A stretch of DNA of 60,783 bases, filler included, from Sphacelaria rigidula (GCA_964200075.2; 7 parts of 7 records of this genome joined end to end with filler, not necessarily neighbours in it), one strand, 5' to 3'. Positions 35,958 to 48,619 are shown, numbered from the whole stretch's first letter. The notes: generated by a model not told the origin, from the letters alone. Numbers and translations are program-made.

Positions 35958-38591
35958 CTACCGCCGCCGGCGACCAATGGCCACAGTCACCACCGCTGCC
36001 GCCGCCGCCGCGACCATAACATGCCGCGCGCGTGGCAACCACCATCGCTGCCTGGGTGGTTCCGGCCCCGCCCCCTCGTCAGCAGCGTGGTGGACCGCCG
36101 AATACCACGGCCGCCTATCACCAACAGGTGGAGTTGTGGTGGTGTTGCTTGTGCGTGGCAACCACCATCGATTCTTGGTGTGCACCCTAGCCTCCAGGTT
36201 GCGGCGACACACGTCGCCGCGTGCGGTTGTCCTCAAACTCCCACCTGGGCGTGACTGGGGGGCTACCAAAGGAGCAACAGAGGTATCGACGGACGCCCGC
36301 GGCGGCGCGTGATATGAAGAACGCGCGTCTGCCGCCGGGACGATAGCGGTGCGGGGTGCATTCACGGCAACGACGCCAATGGCATTGCCCATCCCCATGT
36401 TGAGGCGAGGGACGAATCTCACAGTGCCGTACGCTTCGAGATCAAAAGCGCATCCGATGCCTTCAATTTTGATGCTAATACCCGACGTGATTTTCATCGA
36501 GACGGCGTAGAAAAGCAGCGAGAGCTGAACGCTTGCTCCCAGGGGAGGAACGTCGATACCAGCCATCATTGCCCCCGCCCCGCATGCGGCCTCCACGACT
36601 GATGTGGCGCCTGGAGTGACGTCCAAGCTCGTGGCGCCGGCAGACTCCGGCCCGTCGGTTTCGTTCCAGCATGCCGCCACGGTGGCGGACAGGGCACTCG
36701 GGAGTCCACGCGACGAACATACCACCGATCGTGTGGTCGCTGACGGAGCAGCCGGTCGTACTCGTCTTGCGGGCACATGCCGCAGCCCCCGCTCGACGTC
36801 GCCCGTCTCATCGTCATGGTAACCCTGCGCCATGCAGGCCGTGGCGACGATAGACGCCATGGCATCCGGGACGAGGAGATCGTTATCACCTTCCTGGACC
36901 CCCACCCTCACCTTCACCCCATCTCCCTCTGCCGAACCGACGACCATTCCCGATTCCGATGAGGGCAAACCAACTGACCTGGCCACCGGTGTCGCCGCCG
37001 CCGCCGCCGCTGCTGTTGCCGACTTTGAAGGCTTTGCTTCAGTATTGGCAAAGCTCCCACATGCCATTGACACGGGCGAAGCCCTCCCGCCCAGAACCTC
37101 GCTGTGGATGAGATCCAGTATGGAGTCATTCACTGTTATGCCCCGGCGATGGGTGCGAGGGGCTGGCGTGAGGGCAAGCTCTGAGAAAGGTGCCGAAAAC
37201 GGTTGTGGTGGGTGTGTGGATTCCGCAGCTACCATCAGCGTACGGTTCGCCATGACGGGGGACATCGGCTCGACAATTTCCCTGTCGCCGAACGGAGTCA
37301 TCGAGTCGGGGTCGCCAGGTTTTTCCATTGAAATGTCTCCAATTTCCTGCTGCAGCGCGCGCTTTTCTTCATCGGTGCCGTCACTACGATCGACGGGAAG
37401 CGGGGGGGGTGTATATTCCGTCAGGACACCCAACTGATTGAGCCTCCACGAGGGTATCCGCACGATCGCGATAGGAGGCGGCGGCCGGAACCCTGTCTTG
37501 GCTACCACCCCGCACCAGAATCCCAGGATTGACCCTGTCGGGGCCTTGGCCCCCACCGCTCTCGTATTGCAGCGAGGGAGGCGTCCGGAAGAAGCCTCGG
37601 CAAATTGGTGGCCGCATAAGCTCTCGCTGGGACCGGCGTCGGCTAGTGGGCTGCGCGGAAAACCTCTCTCCACCTGCGCAGAAGGGCACCCATCCACGAA
37701 CTCGCGTCCCCCAAATATTGTCCCCGTGTACGCCCCAGCACGTGGGAAGCCCGCACCATTGCCAGCACCGTCGTTGTCGACGCCGATCATGGGCGTGGAA
37801 GACGTGGGAGGGACGGTCGCTTGTCCTCCGAGAAAGCGCAGGATTGGCAGAGGTGACCGGCGTCTAGGAGATGTCGAATTTACCAAGGCGTCGGCCGCGA
37901 TTGTGGACTTGGCTCCACCTCGTGTCGGTGATGTGCTTGACCGTGGCCGCGCGTGCACCTGTTGTCGGTGCAGCTGCGATTGGTCGGGGATCGACGACAG
38001 ACCAAAGCCTCCCTTCGGGTAGGAAATACTCTTCACTCGGCGCCGCTCCTGCGGTCGCGCTCCCGTTGTGTTGCTGTCCTGCAAAAGGCCTGCCGCGGCG
38101 GCAGCGCTGGCTCGCGGCACTGCGACCATCTGTTGCTTGATCCCATCACCGATGAGCTCATGGCTTGAGTGGTACGTGTGCACTGAGGGTATGAAACCCT
38201 CCGCTGCAGACCTCATGCGCATGCTGCCGAGAAGACGCTCGGCCGGACTCGTTTCGCAGCGAGTGAGCTCCTCGCACGCCGCGTGGTGTTCGTCTAAAGA
38301 CGAACCAGGATTTTGTTTCATTACACTGTTCGACGACAGCGGCCGTTGGTCGCTGTTGTCCGGACCCCGCCGGACGATCTTCGCCGGGGCTAAGGCTCGC
38401 AGGAATATCGGGGGGTGCGTAGAGGCTTCTTTCCTGAAGCCAGGCGGCGGCCCCACAGTGGCGGCGTGACCGGTGGCGGCACCGGTGGCGGGACCGGGTT
38501 GGGCCGTGGAGGCTGCGCCTTGGTTGTTGCCGATGGCAGCGATGCCCAGATGCAAGGAGGGCATGCCGCACCGCTCCATCGGTCGCGCGAG
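35958..38591 (-). CDS. Very large terminal exon (877 codons + stop) of an uncharacterised Ala/Pro/Ser-rich protein with a C-terminal hydrophobic tail
   Basis: 2.6-kb uninterrupted GC-rich ORF. Acceptor aaccag|CTC is in phase with the upstream exon. Ends VMVAAAAAAVVTVAIGRRRR*. Confidence 0.8.
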   Translation of the reverse strand, partial: LARPMERCGMPSLHLGIAAIGNNQGAASTAQPGPATGAATGHAATVGPPPGFRKEASTHPPIFLRALAPAKIVRRGPDNSDQRPLSSNSVMKQNPGSSLDEHHAACEELTRCETSPAERLLGSMRMRSAAEGFIPSVHTYHSSHELIGDGIKQQMVAVPRASAAAAAGLLQDSNTTGARPQERRRVKSISYPKGGFGLSSIPDQSQLHRQQVHARPRSSTSPTRGGAKSTIAADALVNSTSPRRRSPLPILRFLGGQATVPPTSSTPMIGVDNDGAGNGAGFPRAGAYTGTIFGGREFVDGCPSAQVERGFPRSPLADAGPSESLCGHQFAEASSGRLPRCNTRAVGAKAPTGSILGFWCGVVAKTGFRPPPPIAIVRIPSWRLNQLGVLTEYTPPPLPVDRSDGTDEEKRALQQEIGDISMEKPGDPDSMTPFGDREIVEPMSPVMANRTLMVAAESTHPPQPFSAPFSELALTPAPRTHRRGITVNDSILDLIHSEVLGGRASPVSMACGSFANTEAKPSKSATAAAAAAATPVARSVGLPSSESGMVVGSAEGDGVKVRVGVQEGDNDLLVPDAMASIVATACMAQGYHDDETGDVERGLRHVPARRVRPAAPSATTRSVVCSSRGLPSALSATVAACWNETDGPESAGATSLDVTPGATSVVEAACGAGAMMAGIDVPPLGASVQLSLLFYAVSMKITSGISIKIEGIGCAFDLEAYGTVRFVPRLNMGMGNAIGVVAVNAPRTAIVPAADARSSYHAPPRASVDTSVAPLVAPQSRPGGSLRTTARGDVCRRNLEARVHTKNRWWLPRTSNTTTTPPVGDRRPWYSAVHHAADEGAGPEPPRQRWWLPRARHVMVAAAAAAVVTVAIGRRRR

Positions 38592-39106
38592 CTGGTTGGC
38601 ATTGAAGACAACATGGCAATATATTTCGGACCGGGGCAAGACGGAGAGGAGAGGTGCGGGTGTTACAGCTTTCGACGTGGTTAATGTTGCAAAGCAGAGG
38701 AGGCGGCGAGAGAGGCTATTGTAGTATCGCAGATCTCATTAACGGGTCCACGCACGACAGGAGACACAAGACGAAAGCGACTGGAAATGATAAGGCGGAA
38801 AACTACTCGAAAACGATACACAAGAGATACATATCAAATACCAAACGCACAAGATGCACGCGAGGAGACAGGCGAATATTACACCAATGAAACACACCAT
38901 CGCAGAAACCCGAAACACTTCCCGGAAATGCACGAACATCATCACTACACCATACACGGCGAACTCCCACGAAAAAACAAGAAACACTCTATTTACAGTA
39001 TATATATATATATATATCCCATGTCCGACACAAACACTTTGATCACTGAGTATGCACCAAGTTTGGAAAGGAAACACTATGAAACACACTCGTGATGTAC
39101 ACTCAC

Positions 39107-39635
39107 CGGATATGCACCGACAGCACCCCCACCGCGGCCACCGCCGCTGCCGAAGCCGGATCCCGACTCCCCCGACAACCCGTCCCCTCGTGAGTCGTCC
39201 CCTTCGCACCCAGCCACCCCGCTGGACATGATGATACAGTCGTTCTTCTTGTCCTTGTAGTTACCATCATATACGAACTCCGATCGAAACACCATATCCC
39301 TCACACTCCTGGAGCAATCTAACAACCCGATCGGCGGTGGCGGCGGCGGCACCGGCAGCGGTGACATCGGAATGTCTAGTAGTTCTTGCCGCGGCTGCGG
39401 CGGGAATGGTGGCGCCGCCCTGCCCAATGACCATAGCCCGTCGCCCCGCGAAACCCCGGAAGCCGTCTCGATGTTGACGGGGCGTCGGATGACGCTGCTC
39501 TCTCGAGACGCTGGTCCGCCTTCATCACCACCAACTTCGTCGTGGAGCAGGGGATGGAAATCGGAGAGGCAACCGAGAGGTGTCGGCGAGGTCGGAAGTG
39601 TGCTCTCCGCGATCGAAACATGTCTACGTCGCACG
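39107..39635 (-). CDS. Upstream exon of the same gene
   Basis: Open GC-rich frame, strong phase-0 donor CCG|gtgagt. Acceptor ttgaag| is tentative. Confidence 0.7.
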
Positions 39636-39646
39636 CTTCAATGAGG

Positions 39647-40040
39647 GATGAAAAATGTGTGTCGAAACATACATTCAATCACATATTTCCACCACCAGTT
39701 ACAGTATTCGAACACACTCTCTCAGTCAGTCAAATAAGGTCACAATGTTTTTTAAATAGTGGCGATTGCTTCTCCTTACATCATGGAGGTGTTGCGTTGT
39801 GCATCCGGCTTTGTCCTGGGTATATGTACGGATTGGTTGATTTTTGGACGTGATGAAAAATGTGTGTCGCATATTTCCAGCACTAGTTACAGTATTGGAT
39901 CACACCCTCTCAGTCAGTCAAATAAGGTCACAATGTATTTCAAATAGTGGCGATTGCTTCTTCCTTACATAATGGAAGTGCCGCAATGTGCACCCGACTT
40001 CCTCTTGGGTATATGTATGGGTTGGTTGATTGTTGGACAC
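39647..40040. repeat. Tandem duplication of ~190-205 bp
   Basis: GATGAAAAATGTGTGTCG..CTCTCAGTCAGTCAAATAAGGTCACAATG..AAATAGTGGCGATTGCTTC occurs twice (39647 and 39852). Confidence 0.9.
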
Positions 40041-43000
40041 GAGCTGAGTCGCTATGTGGTTACAAGACAGACCTACCTAAGGTACGTGAACGAATGGGGT
40101 GATTCGCTGTAAGAAACTCGGATGAGAAGGAATATGGGAAGACATGAGAGGGTACGCAGAGCAACCTCAAGCTGAAACGGAAGGAAAGAAGGGAAGGAGG
40201 AACAACAGAACAAAGGCAAGAGACACGCCAGGCCAAGATCTAGTGCAGGTTCCGGGGGAAAGTGGTATCCGGTATTCGGCATCTGCTGTCCGGTGTCCGG
40301 TGTTGGAAAATATGCGTGGTCCATCAACTCCACTTCCTCACTACAATCGTCACGTTCTCATTCGAAGTCTCGTCTTGATACCCTGGGCTTCTGTTTCCTT
40401 TTTGTCCAGTTTGTTTCATACGTGGTCATTCTCGTGATTCGCCTGGTAACGTCGCTGCTCGGGTGTTTGAGGACCTGAATCATGCTACAGTAGTACAAGT
40501 TCAAGTGTGGTATTCCCTCAGTCGCTTCATCGGGATTCTTGGCAGTAGCTTTGTCACCGTTATTGCATAGTTCGAGAATCGGTAGGCGTTGGAGATAGAA
40601 GCAGGTCGTGCTCACGAGACATTTCTCAATCGCGTATTTCTGGAACAATACGGAGTAAAACCCTTCTATCAAGGGAGTGTTATTGACCGTATGTGATCTA
40701 ACAGCACGTTTTTGTGGATGTAGCGCAATAAACATCGAAAAAATGCAAATTTATCCATAGAATTATTCATTACAACGATCCGGATCGGTTCGATCGAGCG
40801 AAAACACATGAAAAAAAAAGAACTGGGGGCTGTACATCCGTGGAACCCCCAACAACCGATGAGCCCGTGACTCATCCGACCTTGGTCGCAGATTTTGTTT
40901 GCTTTTCGAAGTTTGTGTTGGTTCATACTCGTTTCTATCGAGTTTTCTACAGTTTGGGGTGAACGAAAAGCGTGATAAATCGCGTGGTAACCGATAAAGC
41001 TGAAAACAAATGCTTGCAATCAAAAGCGTTTTTTGTGAACTGATGGTATCATCTTAGACTGCCACTTTCGTTCCCTTGGAGTATGGGTGTCATTGTATGT
41101 AAGGTGGGTTTTGCTTTGGAATATCATGTCTGTCGACTGCGGATCCGAAAAAACAGGCCAATGCGAAGGAAAAATAGGAAGTCGATACTATACCTTCACG
41201 AAAAACACACAGAGGAACATGAACCCTTGGACTATGACACTTGAGTACAGCGTTTTACCCACGTGACTCCATGGATGTCCACACACCACTCGGTGACTGT
41301 ATCAACACGGCTCCACAGGAGGCTGTGAGGAGTGCTCGACGTCTATCTTTCCCTAGACATTGGCCGTGGTACGGACCAAGGGGGCTTAGAACTCCTTCTC
41401 CCAGGAGACCTTTCCTTCGCCGGCTGTTTCGGGCGAAATGCGGGTTTTCATAGCGTGTTTCCCGACCAAATACAGATTCCTCATATTCATAGTTTTTTTG
41501 AGGCCAAAATAATATTTCTCGCAAACCAGGCAGCGCCAAGGATCACGTTTCTTTCTTTCCTCGACAGTAAGTGAGTACAGCTGTGATATGGTGGAAAGTA
41601 ACACAGAAACGTTCGTACCCATATAACAACGGGCGGGGTATGGGGTCACGCTGGCTACATAACTGTTCAATGTACGACAAGGTTCTGCTCCTGCGCCGGA
41701 ACAACGCGGAATGAACAAGAAACAAGCCTTGACTCCGACTGAATTTATATCCAGGATTATTCCAATCCCGCCACGCGGAATACCTCGTAAGAATACTTTC
41801 CCGGGGAACTTCCCGGGTGAAATGATCGACGGTTAGTTGACACACCATTTTTCATTTTCTGAATAGACACATTTCCGTCGAATCGTCCGATTTTTCTTGG
41901 ATAAAACATATTATACGTCCTAATAAAGCAAGTTACATCAAATGATCCATATTTTGGGATCAAGCGTGTTACATTTTACGGTGCGACTTCTCCTGCAAGA
42001 CAACAGGAACATTTATCCGAAATACTCCGTCTGTTTTTCAAGCGATTACGAGCTGGGCTAGCGGAGACTTCCTGTTAGCGATTGAAAGCTTTCGCCCCGC
42101 TTCATTTCAAGAGTCAAGAGCGGAATTGTTGACACAAAATATACATTTCCGTTTAATATGCTGAAGAGAAGTGAAAGCAGCCAGGAAAAATATGCCAGGA
42201 ATTGTGAGCGATTTGAATTTTTTGGAACAAAGAAAAATATCAGTACTCGGTGCAAACCAAATTTCCATCTACTTCCGTGCATAATTTTTCAGATTGTTGT
42301 GTGCAGAAGAAGGCTCCCGCAAATTTGACTCAAAACTCTCAAAATGGGCAGGGAATTTTACTGCTTGTGTCACACCGCCCCACCCGATTGTCCGAGTGGT
42401 CTAGGATACTTCCGTTAGGGTTTCTAGCGGCAGGGCGTGCCATCAGCCGGTTGGCTTGCACATTACAGCGATATACTTTAGTCGGGCTGATTCCGGAAAC
42501 TGGGGGACACTATGGTGAGCTGAAGAAAATGTATGGGGTTCTTGGTTGACTCAGCTAGCTCATAGTGAAAGGGTTGACGTACCATGTGGCAACAGCAACA
42601 CACTGGGCGGATGCGTACGTTGGGCACGAAACAACTTTCCGGTATTTGTTTACATGAAATATTCAGTACTTTTTTAATGCCCCCCCCCCCAGACAGAAAG
42701 CGTCGTAACAACGGTGTGTGTAGACTCCGAAACTCAACGGCAATATTCATGCTCATCTCGAGTAATAGATGGGGCTGTGTGTTGGCGGCTCTGGTCAGTT
42801 GAGTTTAAAGCTGGCCGCGTCAGCGGCCAGTTTGTTGATGCTGTTTCAGGTCATTGGCGGAGCCCCAGCTGGTGATGCGGCTCTGCGGGAGCGCCTCCGG
42901 AGGCAAGAAATACGCAGGATTTGGCATATTTCCCCCATGAAGGAAACGACAGGCATCGTCACTACTTGAGGTACATTGTATGCTTTTGAGTCGTACCGGG

Positions 43001-43389
43001 TACGAGTTCAGATTCATTGGTTTCAAACCGCGAATGGCTTAAATGTCGCATAACCCCTTCCGCCCCCTTTTTCGCCGAGGTCGTTCAGGGAGGAGATACG
43101 TTTGTTTCATCCCCGGGAAAAGGAATGACCGGAGAAGGGGGTCATAAGGTAATTGGATGTGGTGGATACATCCTATGGATACTCCCTGCGTGTTCGGGGA
43201 CATCGCTATTCGTGTGTGACTGCCTATGTAACCAGCGAAAACGTCTGATAATACCACTATCGTGTGTGGAGACGGGATGGAGCGATTTCATGCCCGGGTG
43301 GGGAGAAAGAGGGGGGGGGGGGGGGGGGGCAGACATATTGTTTTATTGGTTAGGTGAGAGAGAATGACGAACGACACGGTATTGGAGAG

Positions 43390-43489
43390 NNNNNNNNNNN
43401 NNNNNNNNNNNNNNNNNNNNNNNNNNNNNNNNNTTAATTAATTAANNNNNNNNNNNNNNNNNNNNNNNNNNNNNNNNNNNNNNNNNNNN
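43390..43489. other. Artificial contig-joining spacer
   Basis: 44N-TTAATTAATTAA-44N. Confidence 0.98.
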
Positions 43490-44054
43490 AATACCAAACC
43501 CAATTTCCACCCAACCTCTATATGCTTCAAATCGTAGTAACCGTCATCGACACGGAAATCTAACGAGAAAATCATATTTTTAGCACGGTTGCTACGGGGG
43601 TCGAATTATACCCGAAACCGTGATGTTTCGGTGATGTCGGGTGTCGGCGTCGTCTAATTTCCACTAATGATACGCAAGAAAGACCCAGGGGGTCTCGTGA
43701 AGGTGTCCCGTATATCTGTTGTAGAAAAGCTCAGATCGCCCTCAAACTCGGCAGTTCCGTAGGTATTGATGCTCAACATGGAAAAATCGTAATCTTGACG
43801 ATATATCATGTTTGCTACGTTCTCTACCGGCTTCCGGGGGTCCCAGCGTGAAGACCCCCAGGAGGCGGTACAGAATGCTCTGAAAACAAAATAATGAAAT
43901 GATGCGTCCCGGGATAGTCCAAGGAACACATGTACAAAGTTTGGTGGAGAAACTCGAAATCCTCATACAGTTCTTCTTTCCTTTACGTCAAATTCACCTT
44001 AAGAGACGTTTCCATACTAAAACCAAGTAGTTAGGAGTTGCACGTTTCAAGCCC

Positions 44055-44794
44055 ACGTCCTCCACAAATGCGCAAACACTCACGCCGTTCTTGGGAGTTG
44101 GATCCTGAAACTTTGCAAAAATATGCCATGTATCATTACGCAACTCTCTATGGGTCAACTTTTTTCCTTCTTGAGGTTTTCACCGTTTTACGGGGGTCCG
44201 ACGGGGGTCCAAGTCGTTTTTCGAAGTAGTCTCCATTCTGGGACCCAGGAAAACCGGCACGACGATATTGTTTTTCATTTTTTCGTGAGCAAGCTGTCGC
44301 CGCATAACCCGACGAAGGGCCCCACAAAATTTTGTCGCAAAACTCGATCAACTGATGCTTGAATTCTCATGTTCACGTCAAAGAAGGCCCAAAAACGCCG
44401 TTTTCGTACTGAAATCAAGTAGTTTACAATTTCACCGCGGCACGTAAAAGTTAATCGCACAGAAGCGAAAAACCTCACGCCGTTTTAAGGGTTAAACCCT
44501 GAAATTTCCCACAGCTGTGCTATGGGTCATTGCGCAACTTTGGACGAACGAAGTTTTTTTAGTTTTTTTTTCTCCACCGTGTTACGGGGGTCAGATTGGA
44601 TAGATGTCTCCCGGAAAAAACTGGGACCCCCGAAAAACGGTGAAAAACGTCAAAGAGTCGAAAAAAACCCGACCTCCGGAAGTTGCGTGATGCCCCATAG
44701 AACATCTGTGCAAATTTTCAGGGTCGAACTCGTTAAAACGGCGTGAGGTTTTGCCGATGAGTGTTTTTTGGGTGATGAGCCTGAACCAGCCTGT
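44055..44794. mobile_element. Non-autonomous element with an internal foldback (44470-44752). Second copy at 52187-52509
   Basis: AAAACCTCACGCCGTTTTAA..TTAAAACGGCGTGAGGTTTT arms, with a third arm copy near 44075. The end GCCGATGAGTGTTTTTTGGGTGAT..TGAACCAGCCTGTA is shared with contig 7. Confidence 0.75.
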
Positions 44795-44951
44795 ACGGCA
44801 TGCGGAAGTCCGGCGTGCTTCGTCCCGGCTTTATAGAAATGCGAGGTCAATGGTCTCATGAGTACAAGATTCCCCCCCCCCCCCCCCCCCCCCCCGCTGC
44901 CTCTTGTTCCCTCCACGTGTCGCAATGTCCTGGTTGGTGTTTGATGAGCAG

Positions 44952-45095
44952 ATGTTGGTGATTAACCGTACTCCCAACACCCTGACGAACTTGACGGTGG
45001 AGTTGTCAACCATGGGAGACTTGCGGTTGGTGGAGCGTCCGCAGTCGCACACCATCGGGCCCCTTGACTCGCGCAACATCCGCGCAAACATAAAG
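44952..45095 (+). CDS. COPB1: Coatomer subunit beta, exon (MLVINRTPNTLTNLTVELSTMGDLRLVERPQ..IRANIK)
   Basis: Characteristic beta-COP appendage sequence. gagcag|ATG and AAG|gttggt, phase 0. Confidence 0.95.
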
Positions 45096-45188
45096 GTTGG
45101 TTTAGTCGGTCATGATCAACGGGGGAACTAACTGTACGTGATGAAAAAATAGTTGATTGAAAATGATTTTGATTGATCGTCGCACTAC

Positions 45189-45310
45189 AACCCTTTTGGA
45201 ACCCATCGACGATTTTTGTTTTTATTATTCGGTATCGTTTTCACTCGTTTTCAATTCAGAATGATGCCGATTCACGAAAACAAAAGTCGTCGACGGGTTC
45301 CCAAAGGGTT
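45189..45310. mobile_element. ~120-bp hairpin MITE in a COPB1 intron
   Basis: TIRs AACCCTTTTGGAACCCATCGACGA and TCGTCGACGGGTTCCCAAAGGGTT. Confidence 0.82.
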
Positions 45311-45555
45311 AGCGCCCCCCCCGCCTCCCCTCCCCCAGGGATCAAGGCGTGGTAACATGATGGACGTCATACTGTATTTGTTATATGAGAACACCACTCA
45401 ATGTGCAGTTAATGGATTGATGTTGGTCCTTTTTGTGTGACTGTACTGTGTGTGCGTCCGTGAAGTGAGTGGATACAGCTAGGTAGGACTGACGGGGTTT
45501 TTTTTTTCGTTTAATCAGACGAACACTCCTCCTGACGGTCAAAGCGGTCAAGCGT

Positions 45556-46001
45556 TTTTTTTTTTTTTTTCATCCCTGGCGTATCATTCATTGAAAAAGC
45601 TTTTCTTTTTCTTGTAAGCGTTTTCCTTTTTCACTTTTATTTTTTTGAGGCTGTTTCGTTTACTCAGTCTTGATATTTTTGTCTTCGATGGTGTATGTTT
45701 ACTGCGGGGGTGTGAGTGTTTGTGGATGTCTTTTTTGGTCTTCTCGTGTACCTCGTGCGTCACCTGTTTCTCCCTTTTCTCTTTTCTTTTCTCAGTTCTT
45801 TTTTTTCCTCCTTCTCTTCATTTCTTCATTTCTTTCTTCTTTCTTCTAATTTCCCTTCTTCTCTTATTTATTTATTTTTTCTCTTTTTCTCTTCTCTTTT
45901 CTTTTCTTTTTCAAGTTTTTTTTTTTCTCTCTTCTTTCCCCCCTTCTTTTTCTCTCATTTTTTGTTCGTTCTTCCGAATCCCTTTTTTCCGTCTCCTTTT
46001 T
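45556..46001. repeat. Low-complexity T/C-rich intronic tract
   Basis: Direct reading. Strongest at 45765-46001. Confidence 0.9.
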
Positions 46002-46036
46002 GACGGTCGTCGTGATCCTACCGTCACATGATGTAG

Positions 46037-46219
46037 GTGAGCAGCACGGAGACCGGCCACATCTTCGGCACGATCGTGTACGAGAACAGTTCCACGGCGG
46101 AGAAGACGTACATCAACCTCAACGACATTCATATGGACATCATGGACTACATCAAGCCCGCGTCCTGTAGCGAAGAAGCCTTCCGGTCTATGTGGGCAGA
46201 GTTCGAATGGGAGAACAAG
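46037..46219 (+). CDS. COPB1: Coatomer subunit beta, exon ([28 protein letters not shown])
   Basis: Signature motifs [22 protein letters not shown] and [13 protein letters not shown]. tag|GTG and AAG|gtgatg. Confidence 0.97.
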
Positions 46220-46850
46220 GTGATGTCATTTGATTCGTGTTTTGAAAAGGAAGGTCCTTTTTGGGGGAGAGGGTGGGGGGGAGCACGAAGATGTACAGCA
46301 GGTGATGCGTGGACGTTAACGTCATGCAGTACACGTCGAATGAGTCATGACCCGTGGCGACTCTCGCGTCATGAAAGGAGTCATGCTCCAAAAATGAAAA
46401 CCGGAATTTGACTCGTATATATATATATATGACTCGAGTCATGATACGAGTTGCTCCCCTCCCCTCCCCCCTCCTTGAGACAAAGAAAAGGAGGACAATC
46501 CTTCCACGCAGCAAGTTACGTCAGTTATATAAATAAAACAGTGCGTGCTTTGAAGGGAGTTGACGCAATGGTCATACGTGTGGCGCAAGAGAGAAGGAAC
46601 GGAACAGTACAGTGTAGTGTACCATTTCGGGGGGGTTTCAACAGCTTCTTCGCGTGTTTTTACGTCCATTATTTTTCCTGGCATGGTATATCACCCCCTC
46701 ACGCATACACCGGCAGTTTTTAGAGGGGAGGTGTGACTGCAGGTACGAATCCAGCCCCGGGTTTCCACAGTTGGGGCCAAGGCAAGCCGGAAGTTGGTGG
46801 CAAAATCATGTTTTTGAATAATCCAAATACGCAGCAAGGAGTATACAGAG

Positions 46851-47186
46851 CCGGTCGCCCCGGTGGCTCAGTTGGTAACTTCACATCCTACTCACGGTTG
46901 GGTTGTTGGATCGAATCTCGGTGCAGTCACACGATCTGGGATTTTTCTGAGACCATGCTCAAGAGTGGAGAGCGACTATGTCGTGGGTATACAGAATCCG
47001 ACTTCACGATCGACGAAGGACAGGAATTGCTGAACGCCTCTCGCGATTCAAAAAGAAGGCGAGCACCGCACAAGGTGGGGTATAAAAACAGAGGAGAAGA
47101 AAAACAAATCCCGTGTCGGCCATCCTCATGTGTGATCCCGGCTGACGCACCCAAATATACCGAACGGTGTAGACTGGTGTCCAGAA
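46851..47186 (+). mobile_element. tRNA-derived SINE
   Basis: A box TGGCTCAGTTGG, B-box-like GGATCGAATC, conserved body and tail. Confidence 0.85.
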
Positions 47187-47287
47187 TAAGTGGGATGATC
47201 ATACACAGCAAGTATATCCATATATTCTTCTGCGCTGCGGTATCCAACTTCACTTTACTGTATAATCATGCTATCTTACTCGTACTA

Positions 47288-47606
47288 CCGGTCGCCCCGG
47301 TGGCTCAGTTGGTAACCTCTAAATATTGTGATGGTTGGGTCGCGAGTTCGAATCTCGGAGCGATCTGGAATTTTTTCTCATGCCCAACAGTGGATGAGCG
47401 ACGGTGTCGTGGGTTCACGAAATTCGACTTAACGGATGACGAGGGAAAGGGACTACTGAACCTTACTGGCGATTAAAAAAAAAAAAAACAGGCACCGCAA
47501 AAGGAAGGTGGGGTACGAAAAAAAAAAAAAAGCTCGTGTGTTGACGTTCCTCCTGTGTGACCCCGGCTGGTGCGCCCACATATACCGAAAGGTGGCGTCC
47601 AGAATA
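47288..47606 (+). mobile_element. tRNA-derived SINE, second copy in the same intron
   Basis: CCGGTCGCCCCGGTGGCTCAGTTGGTAAC..GAGTTCGAATCTC..TCCTCCTGTGTGACCCCGGCTG. Confidence 0.85.
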
Positions 47607-48619
47607 CATGGGACGACAACACACACGCACACTGCTGTGCCGGACTGAGCGGTCTGTGAATATCTTGCATGAAAAGATCCGCAGGCATTGAATCACCCCT
47701 CTCCCCCCCAGCCTCCATCCGAGTCTTGAGCTTGACCCTCAGACCGCGAGGTACTTTTTCAGATTAAATTGATGCCTATTAAACAGATTACCTACTCTCG
47801 CCGTCGAGAGGTTTAACTCTCCCCGAGACCCAGTCACACATGATTGAACTCATCCCCGAGGGACCCAGTCGCGGTTACACCGTGGACTTACCCAGGGTGA
47901 ACGAAAAGGAAGCGCCCGCTTAACAGAAGAAAAAAAAAGCTACAGAGTGAACAATAAAAGCACTCGTTCGTACTCTGTTGTCGGTGTTGTTGTTTTCACA
48001 TTAGAAACTGGTTCGATATCTGCACAGTACTCCGTACTGGGTGAACGCCTTCCGTAGTCACAGGCTTACTGCCCAAAAATAAGGTATGGTGAAATCAAGT
48101 GAAAGTAAAATGAGACGCAGAAAAATCGACACGGACGATACACTGAGTATTTCTCCCGTCGGTACGCCAGATACTACAGGATTATCACCGTTTCGGCTGT
48201 AGGTTAAGTACCCTGCCCAGCCACAGGAGTGTTGGGTAATCGGAATACGGCTAAGACCCAGGGTATCCTTTAAGGGTCGGACAAATCAATGATTCGCCTG
48301 GAAAGTACTTGGTTTTAGTGTAGTTGATTCGAATCGTACGAATCAATCCCTAGGCTTTGTAGTTGCAACCCAGGTACACGGCAGCCGAGACACGTGGAAT
48401 GGCGCAAAAGTTGCGTGGATACCCCTTGGGCCAGCGGTCAACTTTTTTGTCCCTTTTGGGCAAATCGGGCCGAAAAATCGTGGATTTGGTGACTTGAACC
48501 CGTGATGATTCGTCCTAACCGTGGTATCTTCAGCACTCGTCGGGAAGGTGCTGACTGACCTCGTCCGCTTTTACTGCATGTGTGTGTGTGCAATGTGGCG
48601 GTGTTCAAACAACGTCCAG

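Noticed and set aside
36604..38724. Multiple antisense and overlapping ORFs
   Set aside because: These are expected stop-poor shadow frames of a GC-rich exon. The same applies at 53799-54495.
45645..46031. Phe/Leu-rich ORFs resembling membrane proteins
   Set aside because: They are translations of a T/C-rich low-complexity tract inside a COPB1 intron.
46851..46925. Functional tRNA genes here and at 47288, 51499 and 60713
   Set aside because: A and B boxes are present but I see no consistent cloverleaf. The copies at 46851 and 47288 run into a shared SINE body, and 60713 has the same head.
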